Source of the DNA: Pseudomonadota bacterium
GTDB lineage: Bacteria > Pseudomonadota > Gammaproteobacteria > Arenicellales > Arenicellaceae
Direction: 5' to 3'
DNA: 47,973 bases
Assembly: GCA_018660405.1 (NCBI GenBank)
Contig: JABJKL010000123.1
Coordinates: 1 to 47,973, forward strand
Shown here: positions 19,287-30,670 of the stretch, piece by piece
Layout: every line of letters starts with the position of its first letter
Position numbering within the stretch: position 1 is the stretch's first letter
Program-made: the position numbers and the translations under genes
Notes under the pieces: model-generated
Told to the model about the DNA's origin: nothing
Database searches by the model: none
What the model saw: only the letters and a program-made list of their open reading frames with translations

Positions 19287-20858
19287 CTAATGTCGAAAAT
19301 GCCGCATACCCGTAAACACCATCGCAATATCGTGTTCATCGGCTGCGGCAATTACTTCGTCGTCACGAATAGAGCCCCCCGGCTGTATGACCGCCGCAAT
19401 ACCCGCTTCGCCAGCAGCATCCAAACCATCGCGGAAAGGGAAAAATGCGTCTGAAGCCATTACCGCGCCAGCAACCTCAAGCCCTGCCTGCTCAGCTTTG
19501 ATTCCTGCGATACGAGCTGAATTAATGCGGCTCATTTGACCAGCGCCCACGCCAACCGTCATTAAATCTTTTACATAAATAATCGCATTGGATTTTACAA
19601 ACTTGGCTACTTTCCAGGCAAACAGTAGATCGTTCATTTGGGCTTCGCTTGGCTGCCGTTGGGTCACCACTTTTAGCTCGTTATGCAGTTCAAAATCACT
19701 ACCTTGCAGTAACAAACCACCGGCCACCCGTTTGTATTCCATCTGGCGGGTTTGCCCAGCCCACTGCCCACAGGCTAGAACCCGGATATTTTTCTTCTGG
19801 GCGCAGACTTCCAACGCGGCAGCGCTAACCTCAGGCGCAATAATGACTTCAACAAATAGCTTTTCACAAATTAACGCTGTAGTGTCTGCATCCAGTTCGC
19901 GATTAAACGCAATAATACCACCAAAAGCAGACTCTGAATCCGTGGCGAACGCTCGCTGATACGCATCCAGCAGGCCTTTACCCAGAGCCACTCCACAGGG
20001 GTTCGCATGCTTGACAATGACACAGGCCGCAGTGTCATCAAATTGTTTTATACATTCCAATGCCGCATCGGTATCGGCAATATTATTGTACGAAAGCTCT
20101 TTACCCTGTAACTGCGCTACACTGGCTATAGTCCCGGCTTTCGGCGTATGTTCTACATAAAATGCAGCTTGCTGGTGCGGATTCTCGCCGTAGCGCATGG
20201 TCTGTTTGTGCAGTAACTGAGTATTAAACGTGCGCCCAAAATCTCGTTTTTCATTGTCTGTACTCTTTGCCTCAGTACGCGCACCAAGATAATTCGCGAT
20301 TGCGCCGTCATAACGAGCGGTATGCTCAAAAGCCTTAACGGCTAAATTAAATCGCAGCGCATAATCCACCGAACCGTTCTCAACCGAACTTAAAACGGAG
20401 GAATAATCACCGGCATCAACAATAATCAATACGTCTTTATGATTCTTGGCCGCTGCGCGAACCATGGTGGGCCCGCCTATATCGATATTTTCTATTGCAT
20501 CAGCAAGGCTACAATCTGGATTGGCGACGGTTGCTTCAAAGGGATAAAGATTCACCACCACCAAATCAATGGGGGCAATACCGTGCTCTTGCATTACCGC
20601 ATCATCTTCACCTCTGCGGCCTAGAATCCCCCCATAGATCAACGGGTTCAGCGTCTTCACCCGCCCATCCATCATTTCCGGGAACCCCGTGTGCTCACTA
20701 ACTTCTTTAACCGGAACACCCTCGGCGCTCAACAACTTTGCTGTGCCTCCTGTCGAGAGAATTTCAATATCCATCGCAACCAGTTTTTGAGCAAACTCGA
20801 CGATTCCTGATTTTTCTGAGACGCTGATCAAGGCGCGTTTTACGGAGAATTCAGACAT
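19287..20858 (-). CDS. purH: Bifunctional AICAR transformylase / IMP cyclohydrolase
   Basis: [18 protein letters not shown]-like domain through the C-terminal FTGMRHFRH. 523 aa. Confidence 0.97.
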   Translation of the reverse strand: MSEFSVKRALISVSEKSGIVEFAQKLVAMDIEILSTGGTAKLLSAEGVPVKEVSEHTGFPEMMDGRVKTLNPLIYGGILGRRGEDDAVMQEHGIAPIDLVVVNLYPFEATVANPDCSLADAIENIDIGGPTMVRAAAKNHKDVLIIVDAGDYSSVLSSVENGSVDYALRFNLAVKAFEHTARYDGAIANYLGARTEAKSTDNEKRDFGRTFNTQLLHKQTMRYGENPHQQAAFYVEHTPKAGTIASVAQLQGKELSYNNIADTDAALECIKQFDDTAACVIVKHANPCGVALGKGLLDAYQRAFATDSESAFGGIIAFNRELDADTTALICEKLFVEVIIAPEVSAAALEVCAQKKNIRVLACGQWAGQTRQMEYKRVAGGLLLQGSDFELHNELKVVTQRQPSEAQMNDLLFAWKVAKFVKSNAIIYVKDLMTVGVGAGQMSRINSARIAGIKAEQAGLEVAGAVMASDAFFPFRDGLDAAGEAGIAAVIQPGGSIRDDEVIAAADEHDIAMVFTGMRHFRH

Positions 20859-20923
20859 GGTTTCCTAATATTATTAAATTAGATAGCCCCGCCCCTAAGC
20901 AAAAGAGTATAGACGGTGCGGGT

Positions 20924-21160
20924 TTAGTGCTCTTTCAAATCATATTGCTGTAATTTTTTTCGCAATGTGTTACGGTTAATACCCAGCATCGCCGATGCGG
21001 TCGTTTGGTTTCCATCCGATTTTTTCATAACCACTTGAAGTAACGGCTTTTCCATTTCTGCAAGCACCATTGCGTACAAGCCGGTTGGTTGCTGACCGTC
21101 AAGATCATTAAAATATCTCTTCACAGATCGACGCACAATATCTGAAATGGTCGTTTTCAT
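20924..21160 (-). CDS. fis: Fis-family nucleoid-associated DNA-binding protein
   Basis: C-terminal HTH GNQTTASAMLGINRNTLRKKL. Immediately downstream of dusB, the conserved dusB-fis operon. Confidence 0.9.
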   Translation of the reverse strand: MKTTISDIVRRSVKRYFNDLDGQQPTGLYAMVLAEMEKPLLQVVMKKSDGNQTTASAMLGINRNTLRKKLQQYDLKEH

Positions 21161-21172
21161 TATTCGCGAATA

Positions 21173-22162
21173 TTAAGCGGCCATATCCGCTCGTGATTGC
21201 GTCCGAATGACAGCCCGCTCAAGCGATTCAATCTGCTGCTCAGCATGGGCGATACGATTAACCACCGAGCGCACATCAGCCGCCACGCCCAAACACTTCA
21301 TGTAACTCGCAGCATGCTTGCGAGCGAGTATCACTCCACGTTCAAGACCGTAAAACTCATACATCCCACGCAAGTGGCTGATCATGGCTTGGATTTTTAT
21401 CTCTAATGAGGGAGAGACAACGGTGACACCCGACCCCAGTTGCCCTGAAATTTCCTGAAACAGCCACGGCTGACCCATAGCGGCTCGCCCAACCATTACC
21501 CCCGCTGCGCCCGTTTGCTGGATAACGGACACCGCAGATTCCGCTGAATCAATATCACCATTGGCAATCACCGGTATAGCAACCGCCGAAACCACATCGG
21601 CAATAGTCGAATATTCAACCGGGCCTTTAAATCGACAGGCTCGGGTTCGGCCATGTACTGTCAACATTTTGACGCCACATTTCTCTGCTATCTGGGCGAT
21701 TTGAACAGCATTCTTTTGCGTGCGATTTAGGCCCGTGCGCATCTTCAGCGTCACTGGCACATCCACCGCCGAAACGACAGCCTCTAGAATGTCACCAACC
21801 ATCCGCTCGTCACCCATCAAGGCCGAACCGGCCATTTTGTTACACACTTTTTTGGATGGGCAACCCATATTGATATCAATAATATCGGCACCGCGAGCCG
21901 CATTGATTATTGCAGCCTCAGCGAGCAGTACCGGATCGGTACCGACGATTTGCACCGAAATCGGGCTCGTTTCTCCGGTATGATCCATCCGCAAACGAGC
22001 TCGACGTGTCTCGCGCAACTCTGGTCGCGATGTAACCATTTCGGAAACCGCTAAACCCGCCCCCCAGGCTCGGCATATTTGACGGTAAGGCAAATCGCTA
22101 ACACCCGCCATGGGTGCAGCGATAACCGGCCTAGAAATTTCTATATTACCGATGGTAAGCAT
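21173..22162 (-). CDS. dusB: tRNA-dihydrouridine synthase B
   Basis: APMAGVSDLPYR, DINMGCP.KKV and HGRTR motifs. 329 aa. Confidence 0.95.
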   Translation of the reverse strand: MLTIGNIEISRPVIAAPMAGVSDLPYRQICRAWGAGLAVSEMVTSRPELRETRRARLRMDHTGETSPISVQIVGTDPVLLAEAAIINAARGADIIDINMGCPSKKVCNKMAGSALMGDERMVGDILEAVVSAVDVPVTLKMRTGLNRTQKNAVQIAQIAEKCGVKMLTVHGRTRACRFKGPVEYSTIADVVSAVAIPVIANGDIDSAESAVSVIQQTGAAGVMVGRAAMGQPWLFQEISGQLGSGVTVVSPSLEIKIQAMISHLRGMYEFYGLERGVILARKHAASYMKCLGVAADVRSVVNRIAHAEQQIESLERAVIRTQSRADMAA

Positions 22163-22491
22163 ATCTCACCGTGAATCTGATGCGCCTTCGATATAGGTTT
22201 GCGTATTCAGTAAGTGTCGACGTGTTTGCCCGCTAGAAGAGGCTCGCAGGTAGCGGCTAGCCATTGCCAAAAGACTCAATAACGCGAGCCAATGCTTCGA
22301 AATTTGCCCTGGAAGCTCGTCCTGAAAGGAGCGCGATGCAGATGACACAAACCTATATTGAAGAACCAATTGACTGTCACAGAACACAAAATCACTTAAC
22401 CGAGCGAGGCATGATACGCGCCAGTCGTGTGAGGGTAAAGACTACACTGCCAAAGCTTGTCCTGCCATAGTTCGTAACCGCTTATACCCAT

Positions 22492-23622
22492 CTATTTTCC
22501 ATCCACCAGCGCGACCTCAAAGCCAACCGCATCATCGGGCGGATTTGCTAATTCCAACTTGAGCTCTTTAACGACATTGGGGTTCAATTCGCTCGCCGTA
22601 ACGCCGGCCAAATACTCCTGGGCCGTGAATACTCGCCGGACTACCGGTATATTTTCGCGATCTGTAAGCGTAATCTGAATCAGCGGATGAGGCTGACTCA
22701 GAGATGTGCGGCTAATTAGATGTACATCCACAACCAAAACTCCAGCCTCCATTTCATGCGCTGAAACAGACGTGTGTACAAGGTCTATTTTATCTACCTG
22801 AACAAGACTATCACTCGAACAAGCAGAAATATCACACCATAAATAGACCAAAGGACGCCCAAAAACTGTTTGAGATAACTCACGCTTATTCATATCCACG
22901 ATTTGCGCTACGGCCAACACTGCCAACACAATCGTTACTGCCAACCCAAATCTTGAGATTGGCAATTCTTGCTCATCAATCATCTCTTCATCGTAAGCTT
23001 CAGAGCCGCCATTATTTGCGCCAAAACCACCCATAGCATGCCGTCTTTCATGAACATTTTCTGGATCTGTGTCGGTGTCGATGTCGGGCGAATATCCATT
23101 CTCTTCAGGCACCCGGTGCATCGTCATCTGAGGCGGTATCGCGATGGCCGGTTCAATATCGGAGCGCCTGGGCAACACCGCATCAACCACTGGCACGTCA
23201 CTCGAATCATCGATAGAAGCATCCAATGAACGCGTTGGCTCTGCTTCAGAAACGACTGGAAACGCTGCTGCGAGTGGTAAGGGTATTTGAGGTGGTGCGT
23301 CAGAATCTGGCGTGCTACCCGGGGCCTCTTCCCCAAGCCGTAAATACGCGGGAATTTCTGACGGGCCCGGTGCCTCAACAATAAAGGAACTTCGATCGGT
23401 TCCTTGCCGCGATAGCGCTTCGAATTGCGCGGCATCGTCGGCATAATCAAACTTTCTCACCAGCACGTCCCCCGAATCCTCAGCAGGTGATTCATCGAGC
23501 CTGGTCAAATCTGCATTAAACGATTGCATACAAGCTCCACATCGAGCCCAACCATTAGAGTCTTCGAGCGTCTCTGATCCCAATTCAAATAATGCCTTAC
23601 AATGCGGGCACTGAACGTTCAT
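22492..23622 (-). CDS. MJ0042-type zinc-ribbon protein with a C-terminal DUF3426-like domain
   Basis: N-terminal CPHC....CGAC zinc ribbon, low-complexity acidic/proline linker, one TM segment, C-terminal beta-rich domain. Sits between prmA and dusB, the same position as in Pseudomonas. Confidence 0.75.
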   Translation of the reverse strand: MNVQCPHCKALFELGSETLEDSNGWARCGACMQSFNADLTRLDESPAEDSGDVLVRKFDYADDAAQFEALSRQGTDRSSFIVEAPGPSEIPAYLRLGEEAPGSTPDSDAPPQIPLPLAAAFPVVSEAEPTRSLDASIDDSSDVPVVDAVLPRRSDIEPAIAIPPQMTMHRVPEENGYSPDIDTDTDPENVHERRHAMGGFGANNGGSEAYDEEMIDEQELPISRFGLAVTIVLAVLAVAQIVDMNKRELSQTVFGRPLVYLWCDISACSSDSLVQVDKIDLVHTSVSAHEMEAGVLVVDVHLISRTSLSQPHPLIQITLTDRENIPVVRRVFTAQEYLAGVTASELNPNVVKELKLELANPPDDAVGFEVALVDGK

Positions 23623-23652
23623 TTAAAAACCCACCATTTAGAAACCTACTAT

Positions 23653-24558
23653 TTATGAACCTGCCGGATGGCCACAGAGCAAACACCATTGGCCTTGAGT
23701 TGTAATATCGAACTGATAATTTGGAAAGGCTTTTTTCACTCGTTCACCCTGCTCGGTTAATATACCGGTTAGCAACAATGTGGCACCCGGTTTCAATATT
23801 TCTACCAATCTGGGTGCCAATTCAACAATGACATCCGCAAGAATGTTGACTATAACAATATCCCCCCTGTCGCTGGAATCAACTTCGCTCGGCAAACAAA
23901 CACGCAGCCGACTAGAAACACCATTGGTCAATCCATTGTTAACGCTAGCCTCAAGCGCCAATGGATCTATATCAATCGCCAACGCAGATTTCGCACCCAA
24001 CAGTACTGCGGCAATTGCTAAAATACCAGAGCCACAACCGTAATCAATCACCGCGTTGGCTTGAAGTTTTGCTGTTGAAAGCCAGTTCAAACACATCGCT
24101 GTTGTTTCATGCGTGCCAGTACCAAATGCCAAACCTGGATCCATAAAAATGTTACACGCATCTGGCTCGACCGGCTCCCGCCATTTAGGTATTACCCACA
24201 AATTATCGCCCACTCGTAGCGGCTTAAAATGTGACAAGTAGACACGCTCCCACTCCTGATCTTTAACAACAGATGCTTCGCCTATTAACGCTTCGCCGCC
24301 GGGTACGACTTGTTGCGCAAGACCGCAAATCGCATGTATGTCGACTCCTTCACTAAACAGGCCCGTCACGGTTACCTTTTTCCACTCCGGTTTGCCCGGA
24401 AAAGCTACCTCGTAGAACGCATCGTCACCGGCATTTTCTGTAGTCACCGCCTGCGCCAGGCAGGCTTCCAGCACAGAGATCAAGGCCTCAGCTCGATTTT
24501 TCTCGACCTGAAATCGAAGACGCTGCCAATTCAACGGTTTGTTTAGTACCCTTTTCAA
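23653..24558 (-). CDS. prmA: Ribosomal protein L11 methyltransferase
   Basis: DPGLAFGTGTHETT and DYGCGSGILAIAA SAM-binding motifs. The exact start is uncertain. Confidence 0.92.
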   Translation of the reverse strand: MKRVLNKPLNWQRLRFQVEKNRAEALISVLEACLAQAVTTENAGDDAFYEVAFPGKPEWKKVTVTGLFSEGVDIHAICGLAQQVVPGGEALIGEASVVKDQEWERVYLSHFKPLRVGDNLWVIPKWREPVEPDACNIFMDPGLAFGTGTHETTAMCLNWLSTAKLQANAVIDYGCGSGILAIAAVLLGAKSALAIDIDPLALEASVNNGLTNGVSSRLRVCLPSEVDSSDRGDIVIVNILADVIVELAPRLVEILKPGATLLLTGILTEQGERVKKAFPNYQFDITTQGQWCLLCGHPAGS

Positions 24559-24591
24559 CAGTATATTCCCGCCTCGCTGAACGCGGCAATA

Positions 24592-25044
24592 TTATGTTGA
24601 AGGGGTACTGTCCTCTAGATAGGAAATCGCCGCTTGCAAAGCCAACTCGTAACCTTGCGCACCCAGACCACAAATAACACCCACAGCGGTATCTGAAAAA
24701 TAACTATGCTTACGAAAAGCCTCACGCGCATGAATATTCGACAGATGAACTTCAATATAAGGTATACCTACACCAAGAATCGCATCACGTAAAGCAACGC
24801 TGGTATGGGTAAAGGCCGCCGGATTAATAATTAAAAAGCTGTCTTTACCAGCCGCCTGTTGCACAAGTTCAACTAGCTCATGCTCCGCATTGCTTTGACC
24901 AAAGCCGATGGTATGCCCGGCCTTAACCGCAATCTGCCCAAGCCGCTCATTGATTTGCTCTAACGTCGCCGAGCCATAATGCTCTGGCTCGCGTGTGCCA
25001 AGCAAGTTCAGGTTGGGACCATTAAGAACGAGTATTGAAGCCAT
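24592..25044 (-). CDS. aroQ: Type II 3-dehydroquinate dehydratase
   Basis: [21 protein letters not shown] and [17 protein letters not shown] motifs. 150 aa. Confidence 0.96.
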   Translation of the reverse strand: MASILVLNGPNLNLLGTREPEHYGSATLEQINERLGQIAVKAGHTIGFGQSNAEHELVELVQQAAGKDSFLIINPAAFTHTSVALRDAILGVGIPYIEVHLSNIHAREAFRKHSYFSDTAVGVICGLGAQGYELALQAAISYLEDSTPST

Positions 25045-25099
25045 AATACATCCATCGCCCCGCCACCGGGAAACGCAGTGATTTGTACACTACACTAGC

Positions 25100-26944
25100 T
25101 TACTTCATCTCCGTGACCAGCTCTATAAATTCATCGGAAGAAATATATCCATATCGATTCAAATCTTCCCGAAGCATGCCGCTGGCACCGATAAATAAAG
25201 TAGCAGGAGGGCCAAACACGCTATAAAGCGTTTTTATTTCATTTGCCAAACTGCCTGGGTCGGTAACGTCGACCTTAATTAAATGCACTCCTTCAAGAGC
25301 CTGTATAACGGCAGGGTCAACAAAAGTTGTTTCCAGCATACGAACGCATTCAACACACCAGTCGGCATAAAAATCAATAATGATCGGACTATCATTTTCA
25401 GATGCAGCCACCAGCTCTGCCTGCAAGCCCGACACCGTATCGACTTCTACAAATTCTACGTGCTGCACTTGAACGCTCGCACCGCCTTGCCCGCTCCCTA
25501 GCGTAAACACCTGTAAAGGGCGAAACAGATCGTTGCTTCCGGCTGCTGCACCAATCAGAGTGATCAAACCCCAAAATAACAATATGATGGCGACTATCAT
25601 TGGCAAAAGTTTTTTTGAGTTTTCAGACTTGTCATCCGGCAAAACCACCCAACAATACACAGCCAGTGAGATTAACAAAATGGCCCACAGCCACAAAGTC
25701 TGGAAATCCTTAATGCTCTCTAACAGGTAAATAGCCACCGCCAGTATCATAAAACCAAATAACTGGGTCACCTTCTCCATCCACACACCCGCCTTGGGTA
25801 GCAACCAATTGGCACCGAAGCCAAAGGCTATGAGCAGCGTTCCCATACCGAGGGCCAGCGAGAACATAATGGCACCGCCCAACACAGGGTCACCCAATTG
25901 AATTGCGGCACCCAAAGCAACAATCAACATCGGCGATACGCAAGCACCAACGATGAGGGCAGATAGCAATCCGAGGACGAAAGCAACGCCATACTTGCCA
26001 GTAGGCATGTTTGCCGTTCCTTGCTGTACACGCCCCTGAATGCTGGCTGGCATTTGAATCCGGAATACACCGAACAGCGATAGTGCAAGCACGGCCAACA
26101 ACAGGCTGATACCGCCTATCCACATGGGCGACTGAAAATAGGCTTGCAATTGAGCACCGGTCCAACCCGCCAACACGCCCATCGCGGTATACGTGACTGC
26201 GGTACCCAGAACATAGAAAATAGATAATATGCCGCCTTTACCGGTTTTCGACTCACCGGCTACCAGACCCGACAGAATGGGAATCAACGGCAGTACGCAC
26301 GGTGTGAACGTTAGCAACACGCCGATCCCAAAGGCTGTTAGCAAGTAAGACAAGAGCGATTTTCGTTCAGGTGCCTCAGACTCCAAAGAACCACCGGCAA
26401 CACCCGCACCCCCCAAGTTGTCGCCGCCAGTGACTTGCGATAAAACGCCCGCAGCCGATCCGGCGCCGGACTGAAACCCATCTGGCAAAGATACCGTGAG
26501 CGCGCGAGTCATCGGCGGGTAACACACGCCAACTGGCTTGTTGCAACCTTGCCCTTTGAGGACTAAATCCAGTTCAGATGTCTCTGCATCCAACCCAGCA
26601 TCAACAGTTAACGAGTGGCTATAGTTCACACCGGTAAAATAAACTTCGATCGATCCAAACAGCGGATCGTCGATAACTTCACCGGCCAGTATGTTCATTG
26701 GGCCCAACGACGAGGAGGGTGACGCGGCGTCAGCCGCAAGTTCGCTCGCGAACTTATCACGATACATATAGTAGCCGTCAGCCATTTGCCAGTAGATCAG
26801 TAACTGTCCGCCACTAGACACATCGGCCATCACCTGAAACGCTTCTTCTGCCGGTAATAAGTCCTGCGATAATTGCGCCTGCGCCAGCGATGCGGAAATC
26901 ACCAGCGTAAAACCAAGTATTAGCTGCTTTACTAGTGTACTCAT
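25100..26944 (-). CDS. dsbD: Thiol:disulfide interchange protein DsbD
   Basis: Signal peptide, N-terminal domain, 8-TM core with FTPCVLP, and C-terminal thioredoxin domain with DWCVEC. Confidence 0.93.
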   Translation of the reverse strand: MSTLVKQLILGFTLVISASLAQAQLSQDLLPAEEAFQVMADVSSGGQLLIYWQMADGYYMYRDKFASELAADAASPSSSLGPMNILAGEVIDDPLFGSIEVYFTGVNYSHSLTVDAGLDAETSELDLVLKGQGCNKPVGVCYPPMTRALTVSLPDGFQSGAGSAAGVLSQVTGGDNLGGAGVAGGSLESEAPERKSLLSYLLTAFGIGVLLTFTPCVLPLIPILSGLVAGESKTGKGGILSIFYVLGTAVTYTAMGVLAGWTGAQLQAYFQSPMWIGGISLLLAVLALSLFGVFRIQMPASIQGRVQQGTANMPTGKYGVAFVLGLLSALIVGACVSPMLIVALGAAIQLGDPVLGGAIMFSLALGMGTLLIAFGFGANWLLPKAGVWMEKVTQLFGFMILAVAIYLLESIKDFQTLWLWAILLISLAVYCWVVLPDDKSENSKKLLPMIVAIILLFWGLITLIGAAAGSNDLFRPLQVFTLGSGQGGASVQVQHVEFVEVDTVSGLQAELVAASENDSPIIIDFYADWCVECVRMLETTFVDPAVIQALEGVHLIKVDVTDPGSLANEIKTLYSVFGPPATLFIGASGMLREDLNRYGYISSDEFIELVTEMK

Positions 26945-27384
26945 TTAATCGAATCTTCTATTTTGTGTGCGCTTTTAACCGAATCTTCCACCCAACTTAG
27001 GTATTTTTGCGAACCGGTTTCAATCGGGAGCGCTATCAACTCTGGCAATTCATAAGGGTGCATATCCAGTAGCGCGGCCTCGAGCTCAGCGTATTTTGCT
27101 CGCGTTGTTTTTATCATTAACATCATCTCTTTATCAGAGCATATTTGACCGGCCCAATGGTATATTGATTGCACTCCAGGCAGGATATTGACACAAGCAG
27201 CGCGCCGATCTGCAACTAATTGTTTCGCTATATTGCTCGCCACCGCTTGATCAGGCGCAGTACAATAAACCACCAACACTTGCTCATTGTCTCGCTTATT
27301 TGCCAAACCGATCACCAAGCACCACACACCTCTGACTGATGTATCATTATGGCGCGCGAGTATACAGCTAAGACTGGCCACCAA
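26941..27384 (-). CDS. cutA: Divalent-cation tolerance protein CutA
   Basis: The CutA1 core begins near VVYCTAPD. Overlaps the dsbD start, the conserved cutA-dsbD pair. The track ORF (GTG start) is probably about 30 codons too long; a TTG near LANKRDNEQ is a candidate start. Confidence 0.8.
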   Translation of the reverse strand: MVASLSCILARHNDTSVRGVWCLVIGLANKRDNEQVLVVYCTAPDQAVASNIAKQLVADRRAACVNILPGVQSIYHWAGQICSDKEMMLMIKTTRAKYAELEAALLDMHPYELPELIALPIETGSQKYLSWVEDSVKSAHKIEDSIK

Positions 27385-27450
27385 CCAATAATTACCAACT
27401 TTCTGCTAACTTGTCCTATAGTCGAACCCACCTAAACTCTACCTATTTTC

Positions 27451-27912
27451 ATGTCTTTTCTAATCATTCTTACACTTTTCATTTTAGTTCCCTTCACAGA
27501 AATCGCTTTGTTTATTAAGCTCGGTGGTAGTTTGGGCACGTTTAATACCCTGTTACTGGTTATTGCAACTGCTGTATTGGGGGCATGGCTAGTCCGGCAG
27601 CAAGGCTTTCAAACCCTTGCGAATATAAGAAACCAAATGGATGCTGGTCATTTGCCTGCGATGGAAATGGCCGAGGGTGTCGCTTTATTATTTGCCGGTG
27701 CCCTGCTACTAACCCCGGGTTTTTTAACCGATACAATTGGATTTTGCTTACTCGCTCCGCCTATACGCCGGACATGGATCAAATTCCTTGGGCGACGAGG
27801 CCTGGTTTCTGCGACGACTGCTGGCCAGCGCACCGGCACTCATAGTCAACCACAAAATAAGGATGACATCAGAACCATTATTGAAGGTGAATACTACAAG
27901 GAAGACGACTAA
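27451..27912 (+). CDS. fxsA: FxsA family inner-membrane protein
   Basis: FxsA pattern (PFTEIALFIKLG...LTPGFLTDTIGFCLL.PP.R). Lies upstream of groES as in enterobacteria. Confidence 0.85.
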   Translation: MSFLIILTLFILVPFTEIALFIKLGGSLGTFNTLLLVIATAVLGAWLVRQQGFQTLANIRNQMDAGHLPAMEMAEGVALLFAGALLLTPGFLTDTIGFCLLAPPIRRTWIKFLGRRGLVSATTAGQRTGTHSQPQNKDDIRTIIEGEYYKEDD

Positions 27913-28001
27913 AGACCTTTACGGGGTTTGGAAACCACCAAACAGAGGATCAGATTCGATCCTGACCCGCCCCCGCTTTTGGTAAATTTATTTGATGCGC
28001 G

Positions 28002-28031
28002 CCCTTGACTTTGGAAAGTTCGACCCTATTA
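28002..28031 (+). promoter_or_regulatory. Sigma-32-type heat-shock promoter of groESL
   Basis: cccTTGACt (-35, 28002-28010), 13 nt spacer, CCCTATtat (-10, 28024-28032). Compare the consensus CTTGAAA-N13-15-CCCCATnT. Confidence 0.65.
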
Positions 28032-28058
28032 TTAGCACTCCCTCGAGGTGAGTGCTAA
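28032..28058. promoter_or_regulatory. CIRCE operator upstream of groES
   Basis: ttagcactc-cctcgaggt-gagtgctaa is a perfect CIRCE. Its 11-bp arms are identical to those of the rpoH copy. It directly abuts the putative -10 element. Confidence 0.9.
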
Positions 28059-28153
28059 TAACCTCGAGGCTGATTTCATCAGTGCAGGCATCCGTAACTA
28101 ATGCCGGGTACTGGATTCTTAGATTTAAACACAAGCGTAGGAGGGTTTAGCAA

Positions 28154-28441
28154 ATGGCTATTCGTCCGTTACATGATCGTATTTTGGTTCGTCGGCTTGA
28201 TGACGAAAAAACAACCGCAGGCGGCATCGTTATTCCCGATTCTGCATCTGAAAAACCGTCACAGGGTGAAGTCGTCGCCGTCGGCAACGGTAAAGCACTG
28301 GATAGCGGTGAAATCCGCGCATTAGACGTAAAAGCTGGAGACACTATCCTATTCGGAAAGTATTCCGGTACAGAAGTTAAAGTGGATGGCGAAGAGTTAC
28401 TCGTCATGCGCGAAGATGATGTCATGGGCATCGTCGAATAA
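28154..28441 (+). CDS. groES: Co-chaperonin GroES
   Basis: [14 protein letters not shown]...GGIVIPD. 95 aa. AGGAGG Shine-Dalgarno motif. Confidence 0.98.
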   Translation: MAIRPLHDRILVRRLDDEKTTAGGIVIPDSASEKPSQGEVVAVGNGKALDSGEIRALDVKAGDTILFGKYSGTEVKVDGEELLVMREDDVMGIVE

Positions 28442-28481
28442 TCAATACAGAACAGAATTTACTTAAACAGAATTTATTTGA

Positions 28482-30146
<1,665 letters not shown>

Positions 30147-30230
30147 ATGCCCGCTGTAACCCTTACCCTTGTAACTCTATTGTAATAAGGGTGAATGACA
30201 GGTGAATACACATTCAATTGTTTGACTCAA

Positions 30231-30268
30231 AAAGCCCTGCCCGGGAAACCAGGCGGGGCTTTTATTTT
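30231..30268. terminator. Bidirectional intrinsic terminator between groEL and the tusA-like gene
   Basis: aaagccctgcc-cgggaaacca-ggcggggcttt hairpin (8 bp GC-rich stem with one G-T), flanked by an A-run and ttttatttt. Confidence 0.85.
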
Positions 30269-30305
30269 AAGAAGATGTCTGTGTGTCGTGGTAATTACAC
30301 TTCAA

Positions 30306-30536
30306 TCATCCCTTGCGAATCAAAAATTCCCAACGCGAATCTTGTTCTATTTTTTCAAGCAAAGCGTGCTCTGTATAAGCCAACATAGCATCAAAATCAT
30401 CCGATGCAGATGGATCTGTTGCAATCACACGCAACAACTCGCCTACCGCTAATTTAGCTAGCGCGCGCTTGGCATGCAGGATAGGCAATGGGCAGCGTAA
30501 GCCACTTGTATCTAAAATAGTTTCTCGCTCTGTCAT
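30306..30536 (-). CDS. TusA/SirA-family sulfur carrier protein
   Basis: LDTSGLRCPLPIL (CPxP motif) and C-terminal FLIRKG, about 76 aa like E. coli TusA. Start trimmed to the internal ATG at 30536. No clear Shine-Dalgarno motif. Confidence 0.8.
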   Translation of the reverse strand: MTERETILDTSGLRCPLPILHAKRALAKLAVGELLRVIATDPSASDDFDAMLAYTEHALLEKIEQDSRWEFLIRKG

Positions 30537-30670
30537 TCTGTCAAGGTTAATGCGGAGTAACCCATACTCTCTCCTGTCTAAACATATCGTCACGCTTCAA
30601 TTTTAGTACTCTGTCCACATTTACATCTGGACAGAGTACTAGCCTTCGTGGATAAAAAACCTTAGGCTTT

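Noticed and set aside
22166-22387. 73-aa minus-strand and 68-aa plus-strand ORFs in the dusB upstream gap
   Set aside because: Their similar peptide segments (TQTYIEGASDSR in one ORF, QMTQTYIEEPID in the other) are an artefact of the 19-bp inverted repeat. There are no translation signals or domains.
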